DNA of 64,000 nucleotides, taken from the sequence record MW286157.1; one strand, written 5' to 3'. The notes beneath the pieces were generated by a model. That model saw nothing but the letters and a program-made list of their open reading frames with translations. It did no database searches and was not told where the DNA came from. The position numbers and the translations under genes are program-made. The stretch is from Escherichia phage vB_EcoM-BECP11. Of this stretch, positions 53,918-62,726 are shown piece after piece (positions within the stretch are counted from its first letter, which is position 1; every line of letters begins with the position of its first letter).

Positions 53918-55690
53918 TTAATTAACTCCCGTCGCGCCAAATACACCAGGAGCAGTTGTGCTTGTGACAGGTGTCATATTATGAACGACAGTATTTTTCT
54001 TAATAACATTATTAGTATTATTGATTGAAGGAGATGCTTGTTGAACAGGAGCTTGTTGTGCTTTGTTCTTTTCAATCACCTGGACCTGTTTTGCTTCTGG
54101 TGATTTAGCAGAAGTTTCAGGTTTTGCTTCAGGTTGATTTTTCTTGAGCTCTTGATAAGTGGCATCAATTTTAGCAAATCTAGAAGCAAGTTCTTTTTTA
54201 ACTGCTGGTGAATTATTTAAATCCGGATCATTCATTCGTTTTTTAAGGTCTTCATGAGCAGCTTCAATTGATTTAACTGTCGAGTCTTTGCTCATATCAG
54301 CTGAATCAGCGTATTTTTCAAAACGAATCATCGCAGCACGAGCTTCATTAGCTTTCATTAAAGCATTTTTTCTTTCTTCCGGTGAAAGTTGTTTTAATTT
54401 TTCTTCTTCTGCTGCACGTTCTTCGTCAGTAGTCAATGCTTCTTTATTATCTACACCACGAATCCAGTTAGATGCACGAGTTTTCCAGTTCGCAATTTTG
54501 TCTAATCCTTTTGCTATTGGGCCAAGATCATCATTCATTCGTTTATCTTGATAATTTGCTACTTTTTCTTGGTCTTCTTTATTAAGAGATGCTCCAGTAG
54601 AATTTTGGAAATTTTCTAATGCTCTTCCTTCTACTTCATCAGCAGTATCCTTCATGCCAGGAATGACTCGAAGAATTGCTGCAGATAATTTAGCCATACC
54701 TAATTGAATAAGCTCTCCTAAATTATAAAGAACACTTCCAAGCCCTTCAACAATAGCTGCTGTTAATCCGCCCCAATCTCCAGCTTCCCAAAGTTGTTTA
54801 ATTTTATCAATAGAATCAAAGATGCTCTGTAATAAAGGACCCCATGTTCCAGTTTCGTTAGAGAATTTAGTAAAATTAGTACCAAATAAATCCCAGGCTT
54901 TTGAAAATTTATCTGACCAGTATTTAAAATGAACCATCAGCAGGTCTATTCCAATAACAACAGCCATTATCAATGCAACCATTTTAGCAGCTTCAATAGC
55001 AGCACTGACGGTATACTTAAATAGCATGCTAGATATTTTATCAGTAATTGAAATAGATTTCTTAAATCCGAAATCAACTGTCTTTGTTAATTTATCTAAT
55101 GCATTAGATATTTTTAAGTTAAATGCGTCTCTTTTTTGCTTCTCTTCTGGAGACTCTTGTTTTGGTTCAATTGGCTGAGGAGTAGGGAAAAAATCAGCAT
55201 CAGGATCATTATTAACTGCTTCAGGAGCCGGTAATAAAGGACCCACAGATTCAGCTGTATCATCCTCGACGACTTTAACAGGAATAGCATTTTCGACTAT
55301 TGCTAAACTCGTTCCAGTTTGCTGAATTCCAGCTGTCTGAATTTTTTGTTCCAGTAAACTTGTTAATTTATCTAATTTGCTTCCGAGCGATTCACCGATT
55401 TCTTTATTAATATTGTTGCCAATTTCAACAGTTTCAGCAATTAACTCAGAACCGGCAGTAGTATCACTTACTGCGCTTTCAACGTTATCAATTGCTCCAA
55501 CTATTTCATTCGATTTTTCTTCGACAGTTTGAGCTATTAATTCAGAGGCAGCTTGAGCATCATCCAATTTCGTAGATATGTCATTAAGTCCAGATAAAGT
55601 GTTAGAAGCGGATTTAGCCGCTTCCTGTGTTGGTTTATTATCTGAAATAATTTTTCTACGCATCGTTTGCATTTCTTGTGGCTTTTTCAT
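53918..55690 (-). CDS. 29: baseplate hub / tail-length determinator gp29 (590 aa)
   Basis: synteny and same length as T4 gp29; extended helical and low-complexity regions. Confidence 0.85.
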   Translation of the reverse strand: MKKPQEMQTMRRKIISDNKPTQEAAKSASNTLSGLNDISTKLDDAQAASELIAQTVEEKSNEIVGAIDNVESAVSDTTAGSELIAETVEIGNNINKEIGESLGSKLDKLTSLLEQKIQTAGIQQTGTSLAIVENAIPVKVVEDDTAESVGPLLPAPEAVNNDPDADFFPTPQPIEPKQESPEEKQKRDAFNLKISNALDKLTKTVDFGFKKSISITDKISSMLFKYTVSAAIEAAKMVALIMAVVIGIDLLMVHFKYWSDKFSKAWDLFGTNFTKFSNETGTWGPLLQSIFDSIDKIKQLWEAGDWGGLTAAIVEGLGSVLYNLGELIQLGMAKLSAAILRVIPGMKDTADEVEGRALENFQNSTGASLNKEDQEKVANYQDKRMNDDLGPIAKGLDKIANWKTRASNWIRGVDNKEALTTDEERAAEEEKLKQLSPEERKNALMKANEARAAMIRFEKYADSADMSKDSTVKSIEAAHEDLKKRMNDPDLNNSPAVKKELASRFAKIDATYQELKKNQPEAKPETSAKSPEAKQVQVIEKNKAQQAPVQQASPSINNTNNVIKKNTVVHNMTPVTSTTAPGVFGATGVN

Positions 55691-56220
55691 TCAAATAATC
55701 CAATAATATTGCCAATTCCGGTTATTGGACCATTAGGACCAGGAATTGCTAAAGTTGTAGAAATATCATTTGCCCATTTTAAAACAAATGCTGGCATCTC
55801 AAGAAAATTAATTTCTTTAACTTCATCATTGACCTTAAGCAAGCATTTGGATAACATATCGCTTACAGTTAAAAATTGTTCAAATTTTCCAGGAGGTCTA
55901 AAATAAAATGTATTTCCTTGGTATTGAAATTCCAATCTTTGACATACATAAACGTCATTAATATCATAAGTATAACCATCTATTTCTTTACGAGATTTAA
56001 TCTTTCCATTAAATTCTAGCAAATGAATAGAAACGAAATCAACTTCTGCCGGTGATAAATTTGGACAAATAGAATCAATAAGAAGCTTTAAATTTTCATC
56101 AGGACCTTTAACATCTTTTAAAATGTTATAATGTTTAAGACCCATCTTAGGAATAGAAACTTCTTTATTACTTATCGGAAGAACTACTTTCTTCAGTGGT
56201 AGTATCAGTTTTAAATTCAT
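55687..56220 (-). CDS. 28: baseplate hub distal subunit gp28 (177 aa)
   Basis: start set at the internal Met [11 protein letters not shown] to give 177 aa (T4 gp28 length as recalled); the longer track start overlaps gene 27 by 95 nt. Confidence 0.8.
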   Translation of the reverse strand: MNLKLILPLKKVVLPISNKEVSIPKMGLKHYNILKDVKGPDENLKLLIDSICPNLSPAEVDFVSIHLLEFNGKIKSRKEIDGYTYDINDVYVCQRLEFQYQGNTFYFRPPGKFEQFLTVSDMLSKCLLKVNDEVKEINFLEMPAFVLKWANDISTTLAIPGPNGPITGIGNIIGLFE

Positions 56221-57340
56221 TTTTAACCTTAACTGGGTCAATTGTTTCCAGTTTCGTTGCATTAGTGAACATATAAAGATGAGTTACGGAATTATTATTT
56301 GATAATTCGTGAATAACTTCATCAACGTAAAATTCTGTTTTAAATTGGTTTTTACTATCATTAAAAATAATTTTAACGCCAGGAGTCAAGTTAAAATTAC
56401 CGACAGTAGAACATTTAGCGTAACCATCATACTGCGCCATAGTCTGAAGACGAATAGCTTCTTCATATCCATTTCTATAAGTCATTTCAGAATAAGCACC
56501 TGACCTTGACACTACAATAGAGTTTTCACCCTTTCCTGTAGTAATCATTGGTAATGAAGAATCTAAAAATGAATGAGCATAGATAGTAGCATTTTTCATT
56601 GGATCACGTTTATGCGGGTTTGATTTAGTCAACCAAACAAAATCATATGCTAATGGATATTTCAATTCTTGGACGAATTGACCTATTAAAGTTGGCTCAC
56701 CTACAATCATTGGATATGGTTCTTGATTTATCATCATATCATAGTCCATCATGTTAACTCCCATGATGTCTTGCCATACAAATACGAACTTATCGCTTCC
56801 TACCGCTAGAGCAACTTCTCTTACATATGACAAATAGTTTTCAAATGTGCTAGTCCATGGAATATCAGGAACATAAGCATTTATAGCATTTATTGCTGGA
56901 GTTAATAATGTGCGGTCTTGATAAATGACACCAAGCATTTCCTTTATAGATTCCCCGGCATCAGGGAAAAATGGTCTACCAAATTTAAGATTTTCTATAG
57001 AATGAATAGTTCCCAATTCAATAGCAATGATGTTATCGCCTTTTGAATCTACTGACACGGAAAAATGCTTGCATCCATAAATTCGTGTTTTAACATTATT
57101 AATATCGTTTGCATTAGCTACAGAAATCTGAATTATTTCATTTCCATCCATTTTTGTATGAATGTTTTTAGAATCATAAAATTGTAGCATTCCTTCATTT
57201 CGACCATAAAGAGAGTCACGCATAGTTAATGTGGTAATAGTAGCAGCTAATTCAACAAATCTATTATTACTCCAAGCGTCATAACTCTCAAATAATTTAA
57301 CGCTGAGATTTGGATATCCGGGGCGTTGCAACATACTCAT
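56168..57340 (-). CDS. 27: baseplate hub subunit gp27 (390 aa)
   Basis: synteny and size (T4 gp27 about 391 aa). Confidence 0.85.
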   Translation of the reverse strand: MSMLQRPGYPNLSVKLFESYDAWSNNRFVELAATITTLTMRDSLYGRNEGMLQFYDSKNIHTKMDGNEIIQISVANANDINNVKTRIYGCKHFSVSVDSKGDNIIAIELGTIHSIENLKFGRPFFPDAGESIKEMLGVIYQDRTLLTPAINAINAYVPDIPWTSTFENYLSYVREVALAVGSDKFVFVWQDIMGVNMMDYDMMINQEPYPMIVGEPTLIGQFVQELKYPLAYDFVWLTKSNPHKRDPMKNATIYAHSFLDSSLPMITTGKGENSIVVSRSGAYSEMTYRNGYEEAIRLQTMAQYDGYAKCSTVGNFNLTPGVKIIFNDSKNQFKTEFYVDEVIHELSNNNSVTHLYMFTNATKLETIDPVKVKNEFKTDTTTEESSSSDK

Positions 57341-58089
57341 TATTGTTTATCCTTCTCAATCAGTTTTAATACGAATCCGCGCTCGGCAGGAATCATTTTC
57401 ATTATTGAATTTAAGCTATAATTACTTTTTACAAGCGTGTGATTAATTTGATAAAAAGTAAATATCTCATCTGGATTAACTAATAGCTTAAACACATCTA
57501 CTATATCAGTGTATTTTTTAATGTACTTATCACAACACGACATGTGCAATGTTAAATTAATAGGATTCATTGCATCGAGAATTTTTTCTAATGTTTCTAT
57601 CTCGATGGCGTCAACAAGTTCTATTTGACTTGATTCACTAATTTCCTTCCAATCATACCACATTTCATCGACTTGAACAGAATGAATATTTTCAGTAATC
57701 ATCTTTGCTTTATTTTCATAAAACTCAGAAGGAAAATTTAATTTAATTTTAACATTAGCTACATCAAAAATAGGTTCCTTTAATTCTTTTTGATATATTT
57801 CAAATGGAACTGTCTTTTCTTTTTTACATTTTGGACATACAAATGTGACTGGTACTTTAGTTTTACCTATTGAACCTACAAATACCTGCAAAAATATAAA
57901 TGGTTGCCAAGTCTTTGGATAGTCTCCAAAATAATCAGCAATTAAATCAGCAATTACTTCTTTTTGTTCTTGTGATGACCGATGTTCTATATCGTTTCGA
58001 ACTAACAAAAAATCTCGATAATCTTCTACCGTAAATGGTTTAAAACGATGAACACCATCAGGTAATTTACAACGAATAATGTTTGCCAT
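57340..58089 (-). CDS. 51: baseplate hub assembly catalyst gp51 (249 aa)
   Basis: synteny and same length as T4 gp51; AAGGAG RBS; late promoter upstream. Confidence 0.8.
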   Translation of the reverse strand: MANIIRCKLPDGVHRFKPFTVEDYRDFLLVRNDIEHRSSQEQKEVIADLIADYFGDYPKTWQPFIFLQVFVGSIGKTKVPVTFVCPKCKKEKTVPFEIYQKELKEPIFDVANVKIKLNFPSEFYENKAKMITENIHSVQVDEMWYDWKEISESSQIELVDAIEIETLEKILDAMNPINLTLHMSCCDKYIKKYTDIVDVFKLLVNPDEIFTFYQINHTLVKSNYSLNSIMKMIPAERGFVLKLIEKDKQ

Positions 58090-58106
58090 AGATGCTCCTT
58101 TTATTC

Positions 58107-58118
58107 TATTTATAAATA
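58107..58118. promoter_or_regulatory. palindromic divergent late-promoter pair for gene 51 (leftward) and gene 26 (rightward)
   Basis: TATTTATAAATA is its own reverse complement: TATAAATA on minus (58114 to 58107) and on plus (58111 to 58118), between divergent genes 51 and 26. Confidence 0.6.
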
Positions 58119-58139
58119 TGATAAATAAAGGAGCTAAAT

Positions 58140-58766
58140 ATGTATGAATACAAATTTGACGTGAGAGTTGGTTCTAAAATAATCAACTGTCGTGCATTTA
58201 CTCTTAAAGAATATCTAGAACTTATTACTGCCAAAAATAATGGTTCCGTAGAAGTAATTGTTAAAAAGCTAATCAAAGACTGCACAAATGCAAAAGATTT
58301 AAACCGCCAAGAATCAGAACTATTACTGATTCATTTATGGGCGCATTCTCTTGGAGAAGTTAATCACGAAAACTCCTGGAAGTGCACCTGTGGAACTGAA
58401 ATACCAACCCATATAAATCTATTACATACACAAATAGATGCACCAGAAGACCTCTGGTATACACTGGGTGACATTAAAATTAAATTCCATTACCCTAAAA
58501 TTTTTGATGATAAAAATATAGCCCACATGATAGTATCATGTATAGAAACGATTCATGCTAACGGTGAAAGCATTCCAGTTGAAGACTTAAATGAAAAAGA
58601 ATTGGAAGATTTATATTCTATCATCACAGAGTCAGATATTGTAGCTATAAAAGATATGCTTTTAAAGCCTACTGTTTATTTGGCTGTTCCAATTAAATGT
58701 CCAGAGTGTGGAAAAACCCACGCTCATGTAATAAGAGGACTCAAAGAATTCTTTGAGCTATTGTAA
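58140..58766 (+). CDS. 26: baseplate hub subunit gp26 (208 aa)
   Basis: divergent from gene 51; same length as T4 gp26; late promoter TATAAATA upstream. Confidence 0.8.
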   Translation: MYEYKFDVRVGSKIINCRAFTLKEYLELITAKNNGSVEVIVKKLIKDCTNAKDLNRQESELLLIHLWAHSLGEVNHENSWKCTCGTEIPTHINLLHTQIDAPEDLWYTLGDIKIKFHYPKIFDDKNIAHMIVSCIETIHANGESIPVEDLNEKELEDLYSIITESDIVAIKDMLLKPTVYLAVPIKCPECGKTHAHVIRGLKEFFELL

Positions 58767-59164
58767 TGGCAAATATTAATAAGCTTTATTCTGATATTGA
58801 CCCAGAGATGAAAATGGATTGGAACAAAGACGTTTCAAGATCACTTGGATTAAGGTCAATTAAAAATAGTCTTTTAGGAATTATTACAACAAGAAAAGGT
58901 TCAAGACCGTTTGACCCTGAATTTGGATGCGATTTATCTGACCAACTTTTTGAGAATATGACTCCTCTTACTGCTGACACGGTTGAGCGTAATATCGAAA
59001 GCGCAGTAAGAAACTATGAGCCACGTATTGATAAATTAGCAGTTAATGTAATACCGGTTTATGATGATTATACTTTGATAGTAGAAATACGCTTTTCAGT
59101 CATCGATAACCCTGATGATATTGAGCAGATAAAACTACAACTGGCTTCCAGTAATAGAGTATAA
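58766..59164 (+). CDS. 25: baseplate wedge protein gp25 (132 aa)
   Basis: [54 protein letters not shown] matches T4 gp25 as recalled. Confidence 0.85.
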   Translation: MANINKLYSDIDPEMKMDWNKDVSRSLGLRSIKNSLLGIITTRKGSRPFDPEFGCDLSDQLFENMTPLTADTVERNIESAVRNYEPRIDKLAVNVIPVYDDYTLIVEIRFSVIDNPDDIEQIKLQLASSNRV

Positions 59165-59190
59165 TGCTTCACGTATAAACGTGGTATAAT
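59165..59190 (+). promoter_or_regulatory. putative MotA-dependent middle promoter for uvsY
   Basis: TGCTTCA 59165-59171, 13 bp, TATAAT 59185-59190. Confidence 0.45.
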
Positions 59191-59230
59191 GAATTTAAGT
59201 CCATCCAATAACAATTGAATAGAGAACAAT

Positions 59231-59644
59231 ATGAGATTAGAAGATCTTCAAGAAGAATTGAAGAAAGATGTGTTTATAGATTCGACTAAATTACAGTATG
59301 AAGCAGCTAATAATGTGATGTTATATAGTAAATGGCTTAATAAGCATTCAAGTATTAAAAAGGAAATGCTTAGAATTGAAGCACAGAAAAAAGTTGCTCT
59401 TAAAGCTAAATTAGACTACTACTCGGGACGAGGAGATGGTGATGAATTTAGTATGGATCGTTACGAGAAATCAGAAATGAAAACAGTTCTATCAGCTGAT
59501 AAGGATGTTTTAAAGGTTGATACTTCATTACAATATTGGGGAATTTTATTAGATTTCTGTAGCGGAGCTCTTGATGCTATCAAATCACGCGGATTTGCTA
59601 TTAAGCATATTCAAGACATGCGGGCATTTGAGGCTGGAAAATAA
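59231..59644 (+). CDS. uvsY: UvsY recombination mediator (137 aa)
   Basis: MRLEDLQEELKKDVFIDSTKLQYEAANNVMLYSKWLNK matches T4 UvsY as recalled; middle promoter upstream. Confidence 0.9.
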   Translation: MRLEDLQEELKKDVFIDSTKLQYEAANNVMLYSKWLNKHSSIKKEMLRIEAQKKVALKAKLDYYSGRGDGDEFSMDRYEKSEMKTVLSADKDVLKVDTSLQYWGILLDFCSGALDAIKSRGFAIKHIQDMRAFEAGK

Positions 59645-59871
59645 TGAGATATAACATTGATGATGCTTTTAATTATGAAGAAGAATTTGAAACTGAGATT
59701 CAATTCTTAATGAAAAAGCATAATCTTAAGCGTCAGGATATTCGTATCCTGGCCGACCATCCATGCGGTGAAGATGTTCTTTATATTAAAGGAAAATTTG
59801 CCGGATATCTTGATGAATATTTTTATTCTAAAGATATGGGCATTGATATGCATATGAGAGATATGGGGTAA
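59644..59871 (+). CDS. hypothetical protein (75 aa), in the position of T4 uvsY.-1
   Basis: TAATG overlap with uvsY. Confidence 0.5.
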   Translation: MRYNIDDAFNYEEEFETEIQFLMKKHNLKRQDIRILADHPCGEDVLYIKGKFAGYLDEYFYSKDMGIDMHMRDMG

Positions 59872-59873
59872 AT

Positions 59874-59966
59874 ATGACAAATTATAAAGAAGTATTTAGA
59901 CTTTTAGCAGAAATGGAAGCATGTTTAAAGCGTGTACAAGAAATGCGCTTTAAGATGGGGTTATAA
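59874..59966 (+). CDS. possible micro-ORF (30 aa), in the position of T4 uvsY.-2
   Basis: ATG 2 nt after upstream stop; weak RBS. Confidence 0.35.
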   Translation: MTNYKEVFRLLAEMEACLKRVQEMRFKMGL

Positions 59967-59969
59967 ATA
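59962..59969 (+). promoter_or_regulatory. late promoter (TATAAATA)
   Basis: exact TATAAATA about 25 nt before the RBS of ORF 59995-60162. Confidence 0.4.
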
Positions 59970-59994
59970 GATATATAATTCAGAGGAGACAAGC

Positions 59995-60162
59995 ATGTCA
60001 GATAAGATTTGTGTTGTCTGTAAAACTCCAATCGATTCTGCATTGGTTGTTGAAACAGACAAAGGTCCTGTACATCCTGGGCCTTGCTATAATTACATTA
60101 AAGAACTACCAGTTTCAGAAAGTTCGGAAGAACAATTAAATGAAACACAACTTTTGCTATAG
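59995..60162 (+). CDS. hypothetical small Cys-containing protein (55 aa)
   Basis: RBS AGAGGAGACAAGC then ATG; CVVC...GPVHPGPC pattern; late promoter TATAAATA 59962-59969 upstream. Confidence 0.4.
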   Translation: MSDKICVVCKTPIDSALVVETDKGPVHPGPCYNYIKELPVSESSEEQLNETQLLL

Positions 60163-60185
60163 TGTGACCTTTAGTCTATAGTTTT

Positions 60186-60216
60186 GGCCCTTCCTTTTTT
60201 GGTTGGGCCTTTTTTA
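60186..60216 (+). terminator. putative terminator between convergent genes
   Basis: GGCCC ... GGGCC stem followed by TTTTTT, between ORF 59995-60162 (+) and the 60219-60449 ORF (-); large loop, so weak. Confidence 0.35.
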
Positions 60217-60218
60217 AT

Positions 60219-60449
60219 TTAAAAGCTTTCTTCTACTTCATCGTCTGAATCTTCTAATTCAGCTCTTTTTCCTGCCAAAGCATCTCTGACTGAGATGTCA
60301 TCAGTATCTTTTAATTCAGTTTCTTTAACTCTTTTCTTATAATAAGCTTCAAGTTCTTCTAAACCTTCTATCGTTTGGCAAGAGGCAATTTTACCCATAA
60401 ATTCATCAATAGAAGCTTCATAAAGAAATTGTTTAAATTCTAGTAACAT
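60219..60449 (-). CDS. hypothetical acidic protein (76 aa), in the position of T4 uvsW.1
   Basis: GGAG RBS after hairpin 60463-60474, then ATG at 60449 (the track start is an upstream TTG). Confidence 0.5.
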   Translation of the reverse strand: MLLEFKQFLYEASIDEFMGKIASCQTIEGLEELEAYYKKRVKETELKDTDDISVRDALAGKRAELEDSDDEVEESF

Positions 60450-60462
60450 CTTTTTCTCCAAA

Positions 60463-60474
60463 GGGCCGAAGCCC
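60463..60474 (-). promoter_or_regulatory. intercistronic RNA hairpin between uvsW and the downstream ORF
   Basis: GGGCUUCGGCCC on the minus-strand transcript, followed by GGAG RBS. Confidence 0.5.
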
Positions 60475-61986
60475 TTATAAATTAACTGTTTTCATTACGT
60501 AATTAAATTTTTCATCTGCGTAGCGCTGAATACGATCAATGCCGTGTTTTAAAAGATAGTTCAAATGAACATATTTCTTTTTCGTATTAGCAGATTTTGG
60601 CTTAACACCACAATCATCTATGAGGTCCCAGACTGTTGCTATTGTCTTAGAACCATGCTTACGTAATACACGACCGATTGTTTGTAATACAATGATTTTT
60701 GATTTAACACCGTGCGCTAAAACAACGTGATGCAGATTTTTAACTGAAATACCAGTAGAAAATACACCATAACTAGCTACTATAATTATTCCTTTACCAT
60801 TTTCAGCTAAGGTTTTCATTATATTGCGGGTTTCGGTATCAACTTCCCCTGATACGTAATAAACTTTATCGTATTCATTTTTAATTAAATCGAAAATAGC
60901 TTTACCATGCGATACATGTTTAAACATGACAAAAGCGTTTTCATCTTTTTGCGCAAGTTTAATAGCTAATTTAGCGATCCATTTATTTCTTTTACTGAGC
61001 CCAGTAATAATTTTTATTTCTTCTTGGTAAGTTTTTCCCTTTAATTTGGTAGTGAATTCATCGGGATAGCGAAGAAAAATACTATTAATTTTTAGCTCAG
61101 TTACTTGTCCATCTTCCATTAATTTAGAAGTCGTTACTGGCTTAAATATTTCACCAAACATTCCAACATACTGCATGATATTGGCTTTGCCATCACGTAA
61201 TGAACCAGATAGACCAAATTTGAACATGCAGTTATTTAAACCTGATATGATAGATGAAATACTTTTTCCTGTAGCAAGATGGCATTCATCATTCATCATC
61301 ATTCCAAACTGTGAGAACCATTCTTTTGGCTGTTTTACTACAGTTTGCCATGTACCAACAATGACTGGTGCATCATTTTTATATTTATCATCTTTTGATG
61401 CTCCGCCACCAATTTTCTTTATCATTGCATGACTGAATAAACGATAGTCAACGAAGTCATCAGCCATCTGAGTTGTTAGAGCAGTTGTTGGAACAATGAT
61501 AAGAATTTTACCTTCATAATTTTCCAAATAATAACGTGCAAGCAAAGCTTGAATTAAAGATTTACCTGCGGATGTTGGAAGATTAAGAATTCTACGACGA
61601 TTAACTAATCCTTCGAACACTGCATCTTTTTGATACCAGTGTGGTTCAATTCTTTTATTTCCTGAATAGATTTCTAATTTAGAAAGCCATTCATCAAAAT
61701 CTTTTCTTGATAATTCTTCTTTTTCGTTAATTTGTGGGTCAATCCAGGCTTTATAGCCAAAGTTATCACAGAACTTTTTAATTTGCCCGACTAAGCCGAA
61801 TGGAAGAAGACGATTATAATCTAAAAGACGGATTCGTCCATCCCAGTGGCCATATTTGTATTTCGGATTAAAACGATACCCATCAGCTTCAAAGCTAAAG
61901 AAATCACGGAGTTCATGAAATGTACTTTCTTCACAATCAATTCTCACGTGACTAAAATCATAAAAATGTACTTTAATGTCAGTCAT
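60475..61986 (-). CDS. uvsW: UvsW DNA/RNA helicase (503 aa)
   Basis: SF2 helicase motifs LNLPTSAGKS (Walker A) and DECH box MMNDECHLATG; near-identical to T4 UvsW as recalled. Confidence 0.95.
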   Translation of the reverse strand: MTDIKVHFYDFSHVRIDCEESTFHELRDFFSFEADGYRFNPKYKYGHWDGRIRLLDYNRLLPFGLVGQIKKFCDNFGYKAWIDPQINEKEELSRKDFDEWLSKLEIYSGNKRIEPHWYQKDAVFEGLVNRRRILNLPTSAGKSLIQALLARYYLENYEGKILIIVPTTALTTQMADDFVDYRLFSHAMIKKIGGGASKDDKYKNDAPVIVGTWQTVVKQPKEWFSQFGMMMNDECHLATGKSISSIISGLNNCMFKFGLSGSLRDGKANIMQYVGMFGEIFKPVTTSKLMEDGQVTELKINSIFLRYPDEFTTKLKGKTYQEEIKIITGLSKRNKWIAKLAIKLAQKDENAFVMFKHVSHGKAIFDLIKNEYDKVYYVSGEVDTETRNIMKTLAENGKGIIIVASYGVFSTGISVKNLHHVVLAHGVKSKIIVLQTIGRVLRKHGSKTIATVWDLIDDCGVKPKSANTKKKYVHLNYLLKHGIDRIQRYADEKFNYVMKTVNL

Positions 61987-62015
61987 GTCTAAATACCATG
62001 TAATAAATATATCTA

Positions 62016-62023
62016 TATTTATA
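62016..62023 (-). promoter_or_regulatory. late promoter (TATAAATA on minus strand) for uvsW
   Basis: plus-strand TATTTATA about 30 nt upstream of the uvsW start. Confidence 0.5.
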
Positions 62024-62036
62024 CTGAGGAAATATT

Positions 62037-62717
62037 ATGATAGATAAAGATTATATTGCAGAGCTGAAGGCTCTTGATGATAATAAAGAAGCTAAAGCTA
62101 AATTAGCTGAATATGCTGAACAGTTTGGTATAAAGGTCAAAAAGAATAAATCTTTTGATAATATCGTTGTTGATATTGAAGAAGCCCTCCAGAAGCTCGC
62201 TAGTGAACCTATGCCAGAGACTGATGGGTTATCTATTAAAGACTTAATTGATGCTGCTGATGCTGCAGAGGGATTAAAATATGACGATGAAGAAGTTAAT
62301 CCAGAAGCAGCACTTCTGATTGATTCTCCAGTTAAATCTGATATTAAAATTGAAGTGGTAGAAACGGATAAAATTCCTGAAAATACTGATGTTTTGATTG
62401 AAGACACTCCTTTTGTTGAAGAAAAGTTTGAACAAGCTATAGCTGAGATTATTGAATCTGAAAAGCCGTCTGTATTTACTCTTCCGGAAAACTTTAGCCC
62501 GAATCTTCAATTATTGGGGAAAAATCCAGGATTCTGTACGGTTCCTTGGTGGATTTATCAATGGATTGCTGAAACTCCTGATTGGAAATCTCATCCAACT
62601 AGTTTTGAACACGCGTCAGCACACCAAACTTTGTTTAGCTTAATTTATTACATTAATCGCGACGGATCAGTTTTAATTCGTGAAACACGCAATTCTTCTT
62701 TCGTAACATTAAAATAA
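62037..62717 (+). CDS. inh: putative Inh (prohead protease inhibitor, 226 aa); assigned by position and size only
   Basis: 226-aa acidic protein between uvsW and hoc, where I recall T4 inh lying; RBS GAGGAAATATT. Confidence 0.5.
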   Translation: MIDKDYIAELKALDDNKEAKAKLAEYAEQFGIKVKKNKSFDNIVVDIEEALQKLASEPMPETDGLSIKDLIDAADAAEGLKYDDEEVNPEAALLIDSPVKSDIKIEVVETDKIPENTDVLIEDTPFVEEKFEQAIAEIIESEKPSVFTLPENFSPNLQLLGKNPGFCTVPWWIYQWIAETPDWKSHPTSFEHASAHQTLFSLIYYINRDGSVLIRETRNSSFVTLK

Positions 62718-62726
62718 GGATAACTT

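Noticed and set aside
55687-56262. Long 95-nt overlap between genes 28 and 27 as a possible programmed frameshift
   Set aside because: Starting gp28 at the internal Met (56220) gives a 177-aa product matching the expected length and shortens the overlap to 53 nt. No slippery heptamer is evident.
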